A DNA stretch of 57,184 bases, the filler included, from Squatina squatina (lineage: Eukaryota), in the NCBI GenBank assembly GCA_031763465.1. It is 3 parts of 3 records of this genome, joined end to end, with 100 filler letters (N's around TTAATTAATTAA, not from the genome) between each part and the next. Parts side by side here need not be neighbours in the genome. Positions count along the whole stretch, not along the records: positions 1 to 25,749 come from JARFOE010000192.1; positions 25,850 to 45,095 come from JARFOE010000176.1; 1 more part is not named here. One strand, written 5' to 3'. The notes below the pieces were generated by a model, which worked only from the letters and a program-made list of their open reading frames with translations, made no database searches and had not been told where the DNA came from. Shown piece after piece: positions 23,174 to 34,783 of this stretch. The position numbers and the translations under genes were made by a program. Each line of letters begins with the position of its first letter. Within the stretch, counting starts at the first letter, position 1.

Positions 23174-25412
23174 TATTGCAGCACTGATTGCATTGCACAC
23201 TGGTTGTACTACCCGCTCCCATATGTTGTCTGTTGCACTGCGTTGGGTTAATGTACATGTACTGGATCGCTAATAGATATAATGCGATGTGGTAACACAG
23301 GGTAAAGGTGCACTGTAAAATAATTGGACAATGGATCTTAAATTTCACACTGTCTCTTGATCTTACAAAAGCCTTTGATGACACAGAACCTTGAGGCGTA
23401 CCAATGAATGTTAAAAAAAACTCTGTTGAAATGTGCTGAGATTATGAAATGAGCTGAGCTGTTTGAAGTTGTAAGACGCTATTTCCAAAATAATGAATCT
23501 GAATCAAATTTGATTTCCATGTTCCAGTGGTCCCTAACACAATATTGCATACTGTCCTTTTTACATTTATACACCTTACTTTTTTACTGGCTTTTTCAGT
23601 ATAAGTGCCTCATTTTATTCCTTTTTCCCTCCCTGCAATTGTATTGATGAGAAAAGATCATCATTCAGTTTATATGGTAAATAAATGCGCGTCTCAGTCC
23701 AACATGTACAGGCTTCCTTTATCTTTCCCACCAATTCTACTTTGATATAAATGTCATTGAGTCAGGAATCACCCTTTACGACGATATGATATAAATCTTG
23801 ATGATAGACTGCCACGCTTTTCTCTGGTTTTTACAATAGCCTCTGATGGCACTCGCCCCTGCTGTATTCTGATAGATGCTAAATTGGAAAAATGTACTCA
23901 ACTGAAATGGATTGGTAATGATGTTGTGAGCTGTCGCAGGGCACAATATAAGTAGACCTACAATATTATTCTTAAAATNNNNNNNNNNGGTGGTGTGCAG
24001 CTGCTTGGGAGTAGATGCACAGGGTGCATTACTGAAACTGTCATTAAAGATTAGCAGGGCTTTTTTTCTGAGCACTCTGTATCAACATCAGGTATTATTT
24101 GAATATTCCACAAGCAATCTCTTTTTGCACAGTCTTTTAAATTGTTATGTCTGCCTATATACAATAATTATGTCTCTTCTTTATATTACACTGCCTTGTG
24201 ATACTGTTTGTTTGGTATAGATAATGGCAGAAAAGCTAATTACTAGTCAGCTCTTGTATTCTAATCAGAGCAGTCTGCAGTCCAGTGAATGATTGTTTCC
24301 TGGGCCCATTAACCTCCGCCAAATGCATTTTTCTGAACTTTGCAACCAGCATTCTCTGGTGGCCCGGAGTATAAAGTGTTTTAGCGCGAGATTGAAATAC
24401 GCACGATTCGTGAATGTTCGTCTTGATGTAATTTTGTACTTTAGGTTTTGGTGACAGTACACACGTGTGTTTAATTTATTTTTTTTTAAAACTGTTGGTC
24501 GGTAGGGCTGGGGAGGATGGTAAACATACTCATTCTTGCATAAGCTACACTTGACTGCTCTCTATGTCAAGAATTCATAATGCTAAAATATATCTGTATA
24601 TGATTAAGCCCGAGAAGAACTAAAGCAATTAATTATAAATAGTTGATTGGAGGATTAGTCATGCTTTTGTGGTGTAGTACAGAACAGAAATAGCTACTGA
24701 AAGAATTACACTGCAACAGCTGAATGAATTTAATCATTGGTAGTTTATGGTTAAAACCTGTGGGAATAGCGAGCATATTTTATTCAGTGTAAACCATAAT
24801 GTAAAAGATGCAGTGCATAAACTGGTGAAGAAATCTGTTTTGCTTCCCTAAACTCCCTTAAAATTGTTTATCGTCTGAAAGCCATTCCCTCCCATTCATA
24901 AAGTGTTGATATGTAAACGGTGAAAGTGGCGAGGNNNNNNNNNNNNNNNNNNNNNNNNNNNNNNNNNNNNNNNNNNNNNNNNNNNNNNNNNNNNNNNNNN
25001 NNNNNNNNNNNNNNNNNNNNNNNNNNNNNNNNNNCGATCACAAATATCCCAAGAGCAGGCAGCTGCCTCGATGAGATTTGCCCCGTGTACCTGTCCTGCT
25101 GCTTTTGTGACGAGCAGGTGCTGCTGGTATTTTTCGGACCCCTTTCCATTCCCGGAGCTCGTCTGCATCGTGTCTCCAACAAATAACAGAAGATTTCTCA
25201 TTTCCCATTTGTGTCAGACTGTCCTATAAATAGAAGCCTCTTCGCTGTGTCTGTGCTGTGCTCTAATTGTGTTCCACACTGTTCAGCAGTTTCAAACATA
25301 GAAAAAATAAGGCAACAGAAAACCTGTCAGACTCGCAGGAACACAGCCATGTAGTCCTTAAATGGTTAAACTGTGCATCGTTGACAAATGTCGCAGAATA
25401 ACGATATTGTCT

Positions 25413-25513
25413 CCTAGATTTTCCAATTGGTGCTTTTTAATGCTGGCATTAACTCAGTCATTTGAAATGGGTTAATGATGGTGTTAAAACAATGCCAATT
25501 GGAAAGTCCACGG
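25413..25513. mobile_element. ~100-bp foldback/MITE-like hairpin
   Basis: Left arm cctagattttccaattggtgctttttaatgctggcattaactca is an imperfect inverted repeat of right arm tgggttaatgatggtgttaaaacaatgccaattggaaagtccacgg. Confidence 0.6.
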
Positions 25514-25749
25514 CTTCCAAATTAAATGTGCACATTTTTTAAAAATTGCATCGACGATATACATCTAGAGATCTGCCCATTCTAATTTAGGCAGCCAAAA
25601 CTCCCACACAAAACACGCAGCAGCCTAATAAATATATCTAAATCAACGGCAAATTATATTGTCATGATCCTGACGCCATTTTCATCTCTATCTGCCCTCA
25701 AACCATGGGTGGTAGATGGGGAGGCGGATATTTTCAGCAGTATTTACAG

Positions 25750-25849
25750 NNNNNNNNNNNNNNNNNNNNNNNNNNNNNNNNNNNNNNNNNNNNTTAATTA
25801 ATTAANNNNNNNNNNNNNNNNNNNNNNNNNNNNNNNNNNNNNNNNNNNN
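25750..25849. other. Artificial scaffold-joining linker (N44-TTAATTAATTAA-N44)
   Basis: Palindromic 12-mer with stops in all six frames at 25794-25805, centred in exactly 100 bp; identical structure at 45096-45195. Confidence 0.95.
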
Positions 25850-25982
25850 AGAGCCAGACATAAACCATATCACAGCATTTCTCATGCTATAGCTTCTCTA
25901 CATTCTAAATTACATGCAAGAAGCTTCCACGAACATTCAGAAAATAATAAAATGTTTTCCTGTAATTGCAGCTTACACAAAC

Positions 25983-26052
25983 CTTTTTATATCCCTGCAG
26001 TAGATAATTGGAACTTTGGCATGGAAATCAGACTCGACATCTGAATATAAAG
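25983..26052 (-). CDS. TUT4: Terminal uridylyltransferase 4, coding exon 7
   Basis: ccttccag|CT TTA TAT...AAA AG|gtttgt; 70 bp; (A)LYSDVESDFHAKVPIIYCRDIK(S), matching LYVDVESDFHAKVPVVVCRD of ZCCHC11. Confidence 0.92.
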
Positions 26053-26261
26053 CTGGAAGGTAAAGTTTTAAATACATTAAGGACAAATGCATGAAGAAAT
26101 TCTGCAATTCTGATTTAAACAATTACATGTAAATAATTGATGTTATATCCTTCCAATGAGAAAGTTGATATAGTACTGGAAGTTTAAAATTAAGTTTAAC
26201 TGATGCAAGATCTAAATGTTAAATAATTCTATTTTTTTTAATAAAAACATCAGACTATTTA

Positions 26262-26825
26262 GGAACATAGAAAAAGACCAAGGCCTATCTAGTTTGCCTT
26301 CTGTCATCCTGGTAGTTGCATAATGCAACGATCATGGAGTTGTTGACGAGTAGCAATAAATTAGTCTGCAATAGACCCAGACATGACGTGAGAAAAACCC
26401 AGTGATGGAGAGCTTTGGGAACCATAGGCCCAAAGTCAGCTGTTCCTCCCAAGCACACTACGCTTACAATAGGCCATGTCTCAAATTACTCATATACTGT
26501 ATCGCAAAATGTCATTTTCTGAAAAAAATCCATCTAATTTGCATTTGGATGAATCAATATTAACTGCTTCCATCATCTCCTTAGGGAGCCTGTTTCCTAT
26601 ATTGACCACTTGTTCACTAAAATATTGTTTCCGCTGATTAGTTTTCAATTTACCCTCCTTCAAGTGCAGGCCGTGTCCTCTGGTTGTTTTGGACAAGGTG
26701 AAATAGTTTGACATGATCTACATTATCTAGTCCCTTTAGAATCATAAAAACAGCAATAACGTCATCGCTCAACCTCCTTTTCCAATGAGAACATGCCCAT
26801 TTAGTTTGATGATCACTACAATCTT
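26262..26825 (-). mobile_element. Old CR1-type LINE 3' end
   Basis: DVIAVFMILKGLDNVD; TRGHGLHL..KLKTNQRKQYFSEQVVNIGNRLP..FKxKLD-like remnant; 3' UTR ending near ctatgttcct. Confidence 0.75.
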
Positions 26826-28111
26826 TATGTATGTGATCTATACTATCTGAATATATGCTGAAAAGAAATGAGACACCAACCCCTACCACATGCTTATAAT
26901 CACAATTAATGTAGAGCACATTAATGAGGAAAATTAGATAAACTAATTTTATTTTGTTTGTAAGTGGGTTTGGAAACTCTTTTTGAAGTTGACAGAAATT
27001 ACAGAATGTTGCGTGATTTTGTCATCAAATTAGTATCATACAATTAGCTCCATTTCTTGATTGCAAATCTCCTTGCATCATTTAAGTCTACCTTGCACTA
27101 CGCTTCCTTTGGAACACAAGAGGGCTTTGGCAACCTAATGCCAGACCTCTATCCAATGCTATGCTGCAACTGGCCATGAGGAACTGCTTTTAAATGTAGG
27201 GTTTTTTTTGTCTGCCAGTGAAGAAGAAGCACTCAGCTTCCACTTGACACAACTGCAAGGCTGCAATCAGGAACTCAGCATGTGGAGGCTCACTTTGTGG
27301 CTCCACCCAATATCCCCACTATCTTCACAAGCCACAGCAGTTTTAATAGTCAAACCGTAAAATCAAAGGCAGTCAGTGAACTNNNNNNNNNNNNNNNNNN
27401 NNNNNNNNNNNNNNNNNNNNNNNNNNNNNNNNNNNNNNNNNNNNNNNNNNNNNNNNNNNNNNNNNNNNNNNNNNNNNNNNNNNNNNNNNNNNNNNNNNNN
27501 NNNNNNNNNNNNNNNNNNNNNNNNNNNNNNNNNNNNNNNNNNNNNNNNNNNNNNNNNNNNNNNNNNNNNNNNNNNNNNNNNNNNNNNNNNNNNNNNNNNN
27601 NNNNNNNNNNNNNNNNNNNNNNNNNNNNNNNNNNNNNNNNNNNNNNNNNNNNNNNNNNNNNNNNNNNNNNNNNNNNNNNNNNNNNNNNNNNNNNNNNNNN
27701 NNNNNNNNNNNNNNNNNNNNNNNNNNNNNNNNNNNNNNNNNNNNNNNNNNNNNNNNNNNNNNNNNNNNNNNNNNNNNNNNNNNNNNNNNNNNNNNNNNNN
27801 NNNNNNNNNNNNNNNNNNNNNNNNNNNNNNNNNNNNNNNNNNNNNNNNNNNNNNNNNNNNNNNNNNNNNNNNNNNNNNNNNNNNNNNNNNNNNNNNNNNN
27901 NNNNNNNNNNNNNNNNNNNNNNNNNNNNNNNNNNNNNNNNNNNNNNNNNNNNNNNNNNNNNNNNNNNNNNNNNNNNNNNNNNNNNNNNNNNNNNNNNNNN
28001 NNNNNNNNNNNNNNNNNNNNNNNNNNNNNNNNNNNNNNNNNNNNNNNNNNNNNNNNNNNNNNNNNNNNNNNNNNNNNNNNNNNNNNNNNNNNNNNNNNNN
28101 NNNNNNNNNNN

Positions 28112-28153
28112 AATAATGTCCAGCACTTGTATCAAAACATCTGGCTGATTTAA
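28112..28153 (-). CDS. TUT4: TUT4 coding exon 6 (partial, 3' end in gap)
   Basis: tttttcag|TTA AAT CAG...; LNQPDVLIQVLDII, matching MNHPDLLIKVLGIL. Confidence 0.85.
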
Positions 28154-28964
28154 CTGAAAAAGAAACAATTATAAATAAAACTAAATTCTTACAATGGAGA
28201 AAGAAAAATCATATAGAAAATTTTGAAACCACTGTACATTGCATAATATTAATATGTATCATTTTATTCATAGTATTTATTATACATTATAGGACAGCTG
28301 GAAATCTTAGTGCTATTGGATTGTATGCTAAGCAATTCCAAATTACATTCAAGAGATGTTTATGCTTTGGATCCTGAAAAATGTTNNNNNNNNNNATAGA
28401 TTCTGACACATGAAAATATTTGACCAGGTTAATTTCACTTCCATTCACTTCTGTTTGCTACGCAGAGTCTCCCCCAAAACAATAGACACATTCAACTCCC
28501 AATCACTGCCAAGGGTATGAGAGAAATTTGGAGAGCAAGTCAAGCTGCAGAGCTCTCATATATGTCAGGCAGCAAGTTCAAGAGTGTCATCAGATCGTGC
28601 CTGGCAAAGATTCTCTTGCAAATGGGAATGATTTGTTAGGAAAGGATCTGAAGATAACATTTATAAAATAACAGNNNNNNNNNNNNNNNNNNNNNNNNNN
28701 NNNNNNNNNNNNNNNNNNNNNNNNNNNNNNNNNNNNNNNNNNNNNNNNNNNNNNNNNNNNNNNNNNNNNNNNNNNNNNNNNNNNNNNNNNNNNNNNNNNN
28801 NNNNNNNNNNNNNNNNNNNNNNNNNNNNNNNNNNNNNNNNNNNNNNNNNNNNNNNNNNNNNNNNNNNNNNNNNNNNNNNNNNNNNNNNNNNNAGAATATA
28901 TCTATCATATGACTCATGCTTACATGTTGAAAAATATTAACGGAAACGCTTTGGTATCACTTAC

Positions 28965-29053
28965 ATGGGAGGGGAATTTTACATCAATGTTGATGTCACT
29001 AGTTTTGAAAGCAAACCTTGTAAGACAAGAGCCATACAACCTCAGTGAGCAAT
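28965..29053 (-). CDS. TUT4: TUT4 coding exon 5 (N-terminal non-catalytic NTase-fold domain)
   Basis: tttacag|AT TGC...TCC CAT|gtaagt; 89 bp; (D)CSLRLYGSCLTRFAFKTSDINIDVKFPSH. Confidence 0.95.
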
Positions 29054-29244
29054 CTGTAAAACAAAAAAGCAAAAAAAAGATTGATTTAGACTCATCTTGT
29101 ATAGACAAACATTCCAGTGCATTAATGCCTCTTCTATACTTATAGTATAACTGTGGCTCAGTTGGCAGCGCTCTCGTAAAATTTATGACCAATAAGAACT
29201 TTTATTCATTTGATTTACAAAGGAAGTACTTAATAGGGTATTGC

Positions 29245-29377
29245 AAAAGCAAAATACTGCGGATGCTGGAATCTAGAATATAAACAAAAAAATGCTGGAA
29301 AAACTCAGCAGGTCACGCAGCATCTGTGGAGAGAAAAAGAGTTAACCTTTTGGGTTGATGACCGTTCATCAGAACTG
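29245..29377 (-). mobile_element. Penelope-like terminal repeat with degenerate hammerhead motif
   Basis: Minus strand cagttCTGATGAacggtcatcaacccAAAAggttaactc: the GAAA core has become AAAA. Inverted copy of 30250-30350. Confidence 0.65.
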
Positions 29378-29807
29378 AAACAAAGCCAGAAATGCAGGAT
29401 GTTTTCAAGCACCTGCAGGNNNNNNNNNNNNNNNNNNNNNNNNNNNNNNNNNNNNNNNNNNNNNNNNNNNNNNNNNNNNNNNNNNNNNNNNNNNNNNNNN
29501 NNNNNNNNNNNNNNNNNNNGATTGTGTTGAATGGCGGAGCAGACTTGAGGGGCCGAATGGCCTACTCCTGCTCCTATTTTCTATGTTTACTTGTATTCAC
29601 TCTATCCTTCAGAAAGGTATGATCGCTCTTCCCTTACAAACCTTAGTGCTATTGTCATTAGGTTAATCCATGACCACCAGTATGAACAACACATGCAGTA
29701 CAAATCAGTGTTTGTAATTTGAAAATGTGTGCTCGTGGATAGTGGGCATTATTCCACATGATCTGTTTGTGACCAGTTGGAGAACCACAACACAAAGTAA
29801 TTCACAC

Positions 29808-29985
29808 CTGGCAAATGCTGCTGAATAATTTTCTCCATCTCATTCACGATATTTTTCCGGACTTGGAAATCCTGCTCTGAAATCCCTTCTTGCTGTGCAG
29901 CCTGTAACACGGCAGAATTCAATGCAGCCAGATGGTCAGGAGTTGGCGGTATTAGATTACGAAGTTCATTTTCTTCCTGTTTTTC
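29808..29985 (-). CDS. TUT4: TUT4 coding exon 4
   Basis: cctttag|GAA AAA...CCA G|gtgtga; 178 bp; EKQEENELRNLIPPTPDHLAALNSAVLQAAQQEGISEQDFQVRKNIVNEMEKIIQQHLP; phase matches the neighbouring exons. Confidence 0.93.
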
Positions 29986-30249
29986 CTAAAGGCAGAGGAC
30001 AGGGAAAAAAAAGCTATTACACCTTGAAATCCAACAGCTCAAAAACCAAAAGATTTTTTATTTGTTTTTTTTGCTATGATTCTTCATTCAATGTATTGGA
30101 TAAAATATTTTGTCTAACAGGGCAACTTGTATGCACAGGACTTTAAACATCACTCATTTTAGAAAAATATTTAATACAGAACTTGCTGCAAGTTGCAAAA
30201 ATGTAAACTTTCCAGAATTAGATGCAAATGTACAACAAATGAAAGCACT

Positions 30250-30350
30250 CGGTTCTGACGAAAGGTCAACGACCTGAAACATTAACTCTGTTTCTCTCTG
30301 CACAGATGCTTCCTGACCTGCTGAGTATTTCCAGCATTTTCTGTTTTTAT
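30250..30350 (+). mobile_element. Penelope-like terminal repeat
   Basis: cggttctgacgaaaggtcaacgacctgaaacattaactctg...cctgacctgctgagtatttccagcattttctgttttta; repeated several times in the window. Confidence 0.7.
30251..30287 (+). ncRNA. Minimal type I hammerhead ribozyme motif (Penelope-associated; probably impaired)
   Basis: GGTT-CTGACGA(30255-61)-A-AGGTC aac GACCT (stem II)-GAAA(30276-79)-C-ATT-AACT. Stem I is GGTT/AACT. The stem III palindrome reads ACAT instead of ACGT. Confidence 0.55.
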
Positions 30351-30369
30351 ATTAAATGAAAGTACTTAC

Positions 30370-30454
30370 TGTAATATTTTTCTTATGCCGTTTTTCTTTT
30401 ATATGCTTATGAGCTCCCTGGATATTTTCGATGTGAACTAGGCAAAGTTTGCAT
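30370..30454 (-). CDS. TUT4: TUT4 coding exon 3 (partial, C2H2 zinc finger of the Lin28-interacting module)
   Basis: CKLCLVHIENIQGAHKHIKEKRHKKNIT|gtaagt; 5' part lost in gap. Confidence 0.95.
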
Positions 30455-31479
30455 NNNNNNNNNNNNNNNNNNNNNNNNNNNNNNNNNNNNNNNNNNNNNN
30501 NNNNNNNNNNNNNNNNNNNNNNNNNNNNNNNNNNNNNNNNNNNNNNNNNNNNNNNNNNNNNNNNNNNNNNNNNNNNNNNNNNNNNNNNNNNNNNNNNNNN
30601 NNNNNNNNNNNNNNNNNNNNNNNNNNNNNNNNNNNNNNNNNNNNNNNNNNNNNNNNNNNNNNNNNNNNNNNNNNNNNNNNNNNNNNNNNNNNNNNNNNNN
30701 NNNNNNNNNNNNNNNNNNNNNNNNNNNNNNNNNNNNNNNNNNNNNNNNNNNNNNNNNNNNNNNNNNNNNNNNNNNNNNNNNNNNNNNNNNNNNNNNNNNN
30801 NNNNNNNNNNNNNNNNNNNNNNNNNNNNNNNNNNNNNNNNNNNNNNNNGTTGAATGATGAGCTTTCCACAGAGAGAGAGAGTCTGGCTGCAAATATAATG
30901 CAAAGGGAACAGTATAATTCTACAGCTTTACGATAGAATACATACGTTAAAACAAAAAAGGGCCAGTAAGCACAATTTGAAGAAACTAGGGCCAGCAAGT
31001 GCAAATTGAATAAATGTGACCTTAAAATGGATCAATGTAACATAATAGTGAAATGAACAAGAAAAATGTTTACTGCAAATATTGCAGGTAGAACTGTTTT
31101 AAGGCTTGGTTAAAAATAGGTACCATCCTGGCTGGTTTCTAATCCGATGGGACATCCCCCTCAGAATACTAAATGAGAATAAAGAATCAAGTCTACAGTC
31201 ACTTTGCCGTGAGGGAATCAATGAAAATAGCGGATGATCCACTGAATTTGAAACAAGCCAATGTTGTACCCATTTTCAACCAAGACAATGAAGCAAGCTC
31301 GTTTAATTACAGACAAATTGATTTGGAACAAAAAAAGTGAGGAATACCAAAATGTAGGTGTCAGCCAGTAGTTTCAGAAAGGACAAATGCTGCCTGAATT
31401 TTTTTGAAGAATTAATATCTCAAGTGATGTTGTAAAATATGATGTACCTAAACTTACAGAAAACAGGATACAATTCCAT

Positions 31480-31830
31480 ATCAGCTTGGTTTTAATGGTA
31501 GCAGTCTCAGCTCAGTCAGAAGCTCATAATTCAAGCCCCACTTCAGGGCTTGAGCACAAAAACTAGGCTGACACCTATCTGTAGTATAGAGGGAGCATTG
31601 CATCATCAGTGAAGCCATCTTTTAGATGAAACACCAATCCAAGTCCCAGCTGCCCCCTCAGGTGCGCACATTATTCAAGCAACAGAGGAACTTGCCTGAT
31701 GTTCTGACTAATGGTCCCTCAATTTATCTTGTTACTGTTTATGGGATCATGCCATGCGCCAATTGGCTGAAACGTTGGCCTACATTACAAGTGAGTTCTG
31801 GAATGGTGCTATATAAATGCAAGCTGATTT
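31480..31830 (+). mobile_element. Degenerate SacSINE1-like SINE
   Basis: tcagcttggttttaatggtagcagtctc..agtcagaag..ttcaagccccac head, internally deleted core, tail gtgctatataaatgcaag. Confidence 0.6.
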
Positions 31831-32680
31831 CAGTATCCCAACCAGACATGAAAGTACAGCTGATCATTTTGTATATTTCTGCTGGTGATTTAGGAAAATA
31901 CATGCTTCACATCTAACTTAATGATGTTCACGCCTCTAAAGCACAGAAAGGGAAATATCATATTTTTAAAGTGTTATGGAATGGACACTTCTGGATTTTC
32001 ACCCCTAAAAGGTTAGACAGGCTGATAGATGGGCTAGTGAACTACAGCTTAGGAAATGAGAGTTAGGTTGAAGGCTTAAAAGGCAAAAGGTAAGTGCTAT
32101 CCAACCGGTCTGCCGCATTAAAAACAATGGTCGTAGGTAGCAACGACACTAGGGTAGCAATGTGCCAGAGTTCGAGTTGTGGGACATGGGTTGACACTTG
32201 TGATCCTGACTTGCTAAGGTCCAAATTTCACTAGTTCTTGCTCAACTGGGGAAGGGTCGGGTAGAACCCAAGCAGCTCTTCACAGGCACTCAGAACTATT
32301 GCGGTTTATACAAGAGAAGGAAGCTATTTGGCCCATCATGTCTATGCTAATTTCTTGTTAAAACAATTCAAAACCAGTTTCAGTCAGGAATGGTGCAACA
32401 CATTTATTTTTGACTCTCCTCTACCTCTTCTAAAAGAAATCAGTTTTGATAGTTCATTAGCAATAACATTACAATATTAATACAATTATTCTACCAACAA
32501 TGCTAAATTAAGGAATACATCTCTATTAAAAATCCTACCATACATTTCTATTTTACAGAAATCCCACCCAAAATTTATACTTGTCCAAAAATCAATATTA
32601 TTCATTCTTGGTTTTAAATTCAACTTTAATACCATTGTAACTTGAATTGTACTTTCAAAAACAAATCAAACATGCCCTAC

Positions 32681-32844
32681 TTTTTCCAGACGAGAGATAT
32701 AATCCCTCTCCAGTCTTTCCTCTGCTTGCTTCAGTCCAAGCTGTTGTTCTGCTGTCATTTTAGACTCATCAATCACCGGTGCGCTCTCTGGATTGTCTTT
32801 CTCTAAAGGGTGTGCTTTGTTTGCATTTGTAGTAGTTGTTTTAC
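32681..32844 (-). CDS. TUT4: TUT4 coding exon 2
   Basis: tttacag|GT AAA...GAA AAA|gtaggg; 164 bp; (G)KTTTTNANKAHPLEKDNPESAPVIDESKMTAEQQLGLKQAEERLERDYISRLEK, matching VIDESALTPEQRLGLKQAEERLERD. Confidence 0.95.
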
Positions 32845-34783
32845 CTGTAAACATTACAAATGTATAATAATATTTTTGAAACACTTCTGCATTTTTGCCC
32901 CAAAAGAAAGCTGTGACAGATAAGATCAATATGCAGTGAATTATACATAAACCTCTCATCTCTGGATCCTGGATACGTGTCCAGCTCAGAAGTTTTTTTT
33001 GCCTGGTGGCTGCAAAGATTCTCTGTGGGATTAGTTTGAGTCGTTTCAATTCTGAGACCACAGAACAAAACAACTCAATAATTCAGCACTAAATTGCGAA
33101 TCTTGTTTAGATAATTCACAGGGTGTATCTTGTGGCGAGGATAATGGTTGTATATGGCAACATATAGAATCATACATCCCAATATTTACTGTGGTGGGGT
33201 TTTGGAACGGAGGGGGAGGTGGATGAGTTCTGGTCAGGAAACCCAGAAGTGCAATTTCCCTGAATGCTGTGGAATTTTAAATTCAGGGTGTGTTTGATTT
33301 TTTCCCCAGGTTCCCCACGTGAAAACCAGCCTCATTGACAGACTTGGCTGCCTGTCAGGCAGGGAAGCCTCTGGCACAGGGCTACGCCCCAGGAGCAACT
33401 AGGGGGATGTGTGGCTAGAGCATGGTTGGGGGAGTCGGTGATCACAGCAGGGGGTCAGTGATCGTTGGGGTGGAAGCTGATAGATCACAAGGGGAGAAAT
33501 GGAGGGATTGGCGGAGATCGTGGTGTCGGTAATCGTGGGCAAAGATCGGGGAAGATTGGTGGGGAGGTAGTGGAGGTTGGCGGTGGAGGCGGTTTCCATG
33601 TTAGCTTGGGNNNNNNNNNNNNNNNNNNNNNNNNNNNNNNNNNNNNNNNNNNNNNNNNNNNNNNNNNNNNNNNNNNNNNNNNNNNNNNNNNNNNNNNNNN
33701 NNNNNNNNNNTACTGCAGCCCATGTGGAGGTACATTGATCCAAAAATCAGTGTTATTAAAAGTTAATAAAGCACTATATTATTTTATGAACTGAGCTGTA
33801 AGGTAAATGTTATTAATCTGGTGGAATCTGTTGTATTGGTGTCTTGCTAGTTTATATTGTTTACTATTAATAAATCTGATTTGTAGATTGTAGCCTGAAT
33901 CACACTATCTGGTAGAGTGATTATTCTTATGCAATCTGAAGACTAGGAAAATAGTTGATGGCTCGTGCTATTTTCAGTAAGCAAGGGTTCTGTTTAACAC
34001 CGCATTAGCAGATATGTGAGAATAAGATCACAATCTTGTTCATAGGGAGCAAGAACTAGTTTATGGGAGTGGTCCTTAACACCAACACCAGCCACAAAAT
34101 TATTAATGCTGTTAATGTTAATAGTCTGGTACAGCGCATTTCAATGCAGAGTAAAGCTCCTTCTACTTTGCCTCAGATGTATCTTCATCTGAACCTCAAA
34201 AAAAAACCTTTCTGCATGAGCATCATTATCATTTCCCATACCAGCCATCCTTATGCAAACTTTTGCAAATTTGTCAATATAGTGCTGAATTAAGGGTTCA
34301 CATAGGTCCCTTGCAGTCAGAGACAAGACCCTCAATCTGGGCTGAATTCAAACCCAAGTGTAAGAAGTGAAAGGACAGTGCGCGAATTGATGCACTTCCC
34401 AGTTCCCAAGTCCTGCATTTGAACAGGACTCTGTTTGATCACTGAACTCAATCTAAGGATACAGGTTACTACACGTTAATATCCAAATATACTGCTATTG
34501 TTCCAAAGCAGTGATGCGAGTGAGCAATGAGATAATTTGCGTAGTGAAATATAAACGGGTATTTCATTTACCTATTTATAGCACAAATGTATTTCGGGGA
34601 AGGGAGGGGGAAAATGTCATGGAAAACTACTGTGACCTCAGATTAATTGTGATAGGAATATTTTCACAATGGACAGTGAAGCATCACTTTAAATTTAATT
34701 CATAAAGTGTCATCAATTATGCTATAAATTTATAGTAAATAACTATTTTAATTGAAATATAATCCTAGAATAATCGACCTTAC

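Noticed and set aside
32839-32850. AG|GTAAAA at the TUT4 exon start resembling a recursive splice site
   Set aside because: Explained by a split Gly codon; similar AG|GT starts occur at the Arp3 and GPX7 exons and the intron appears short.
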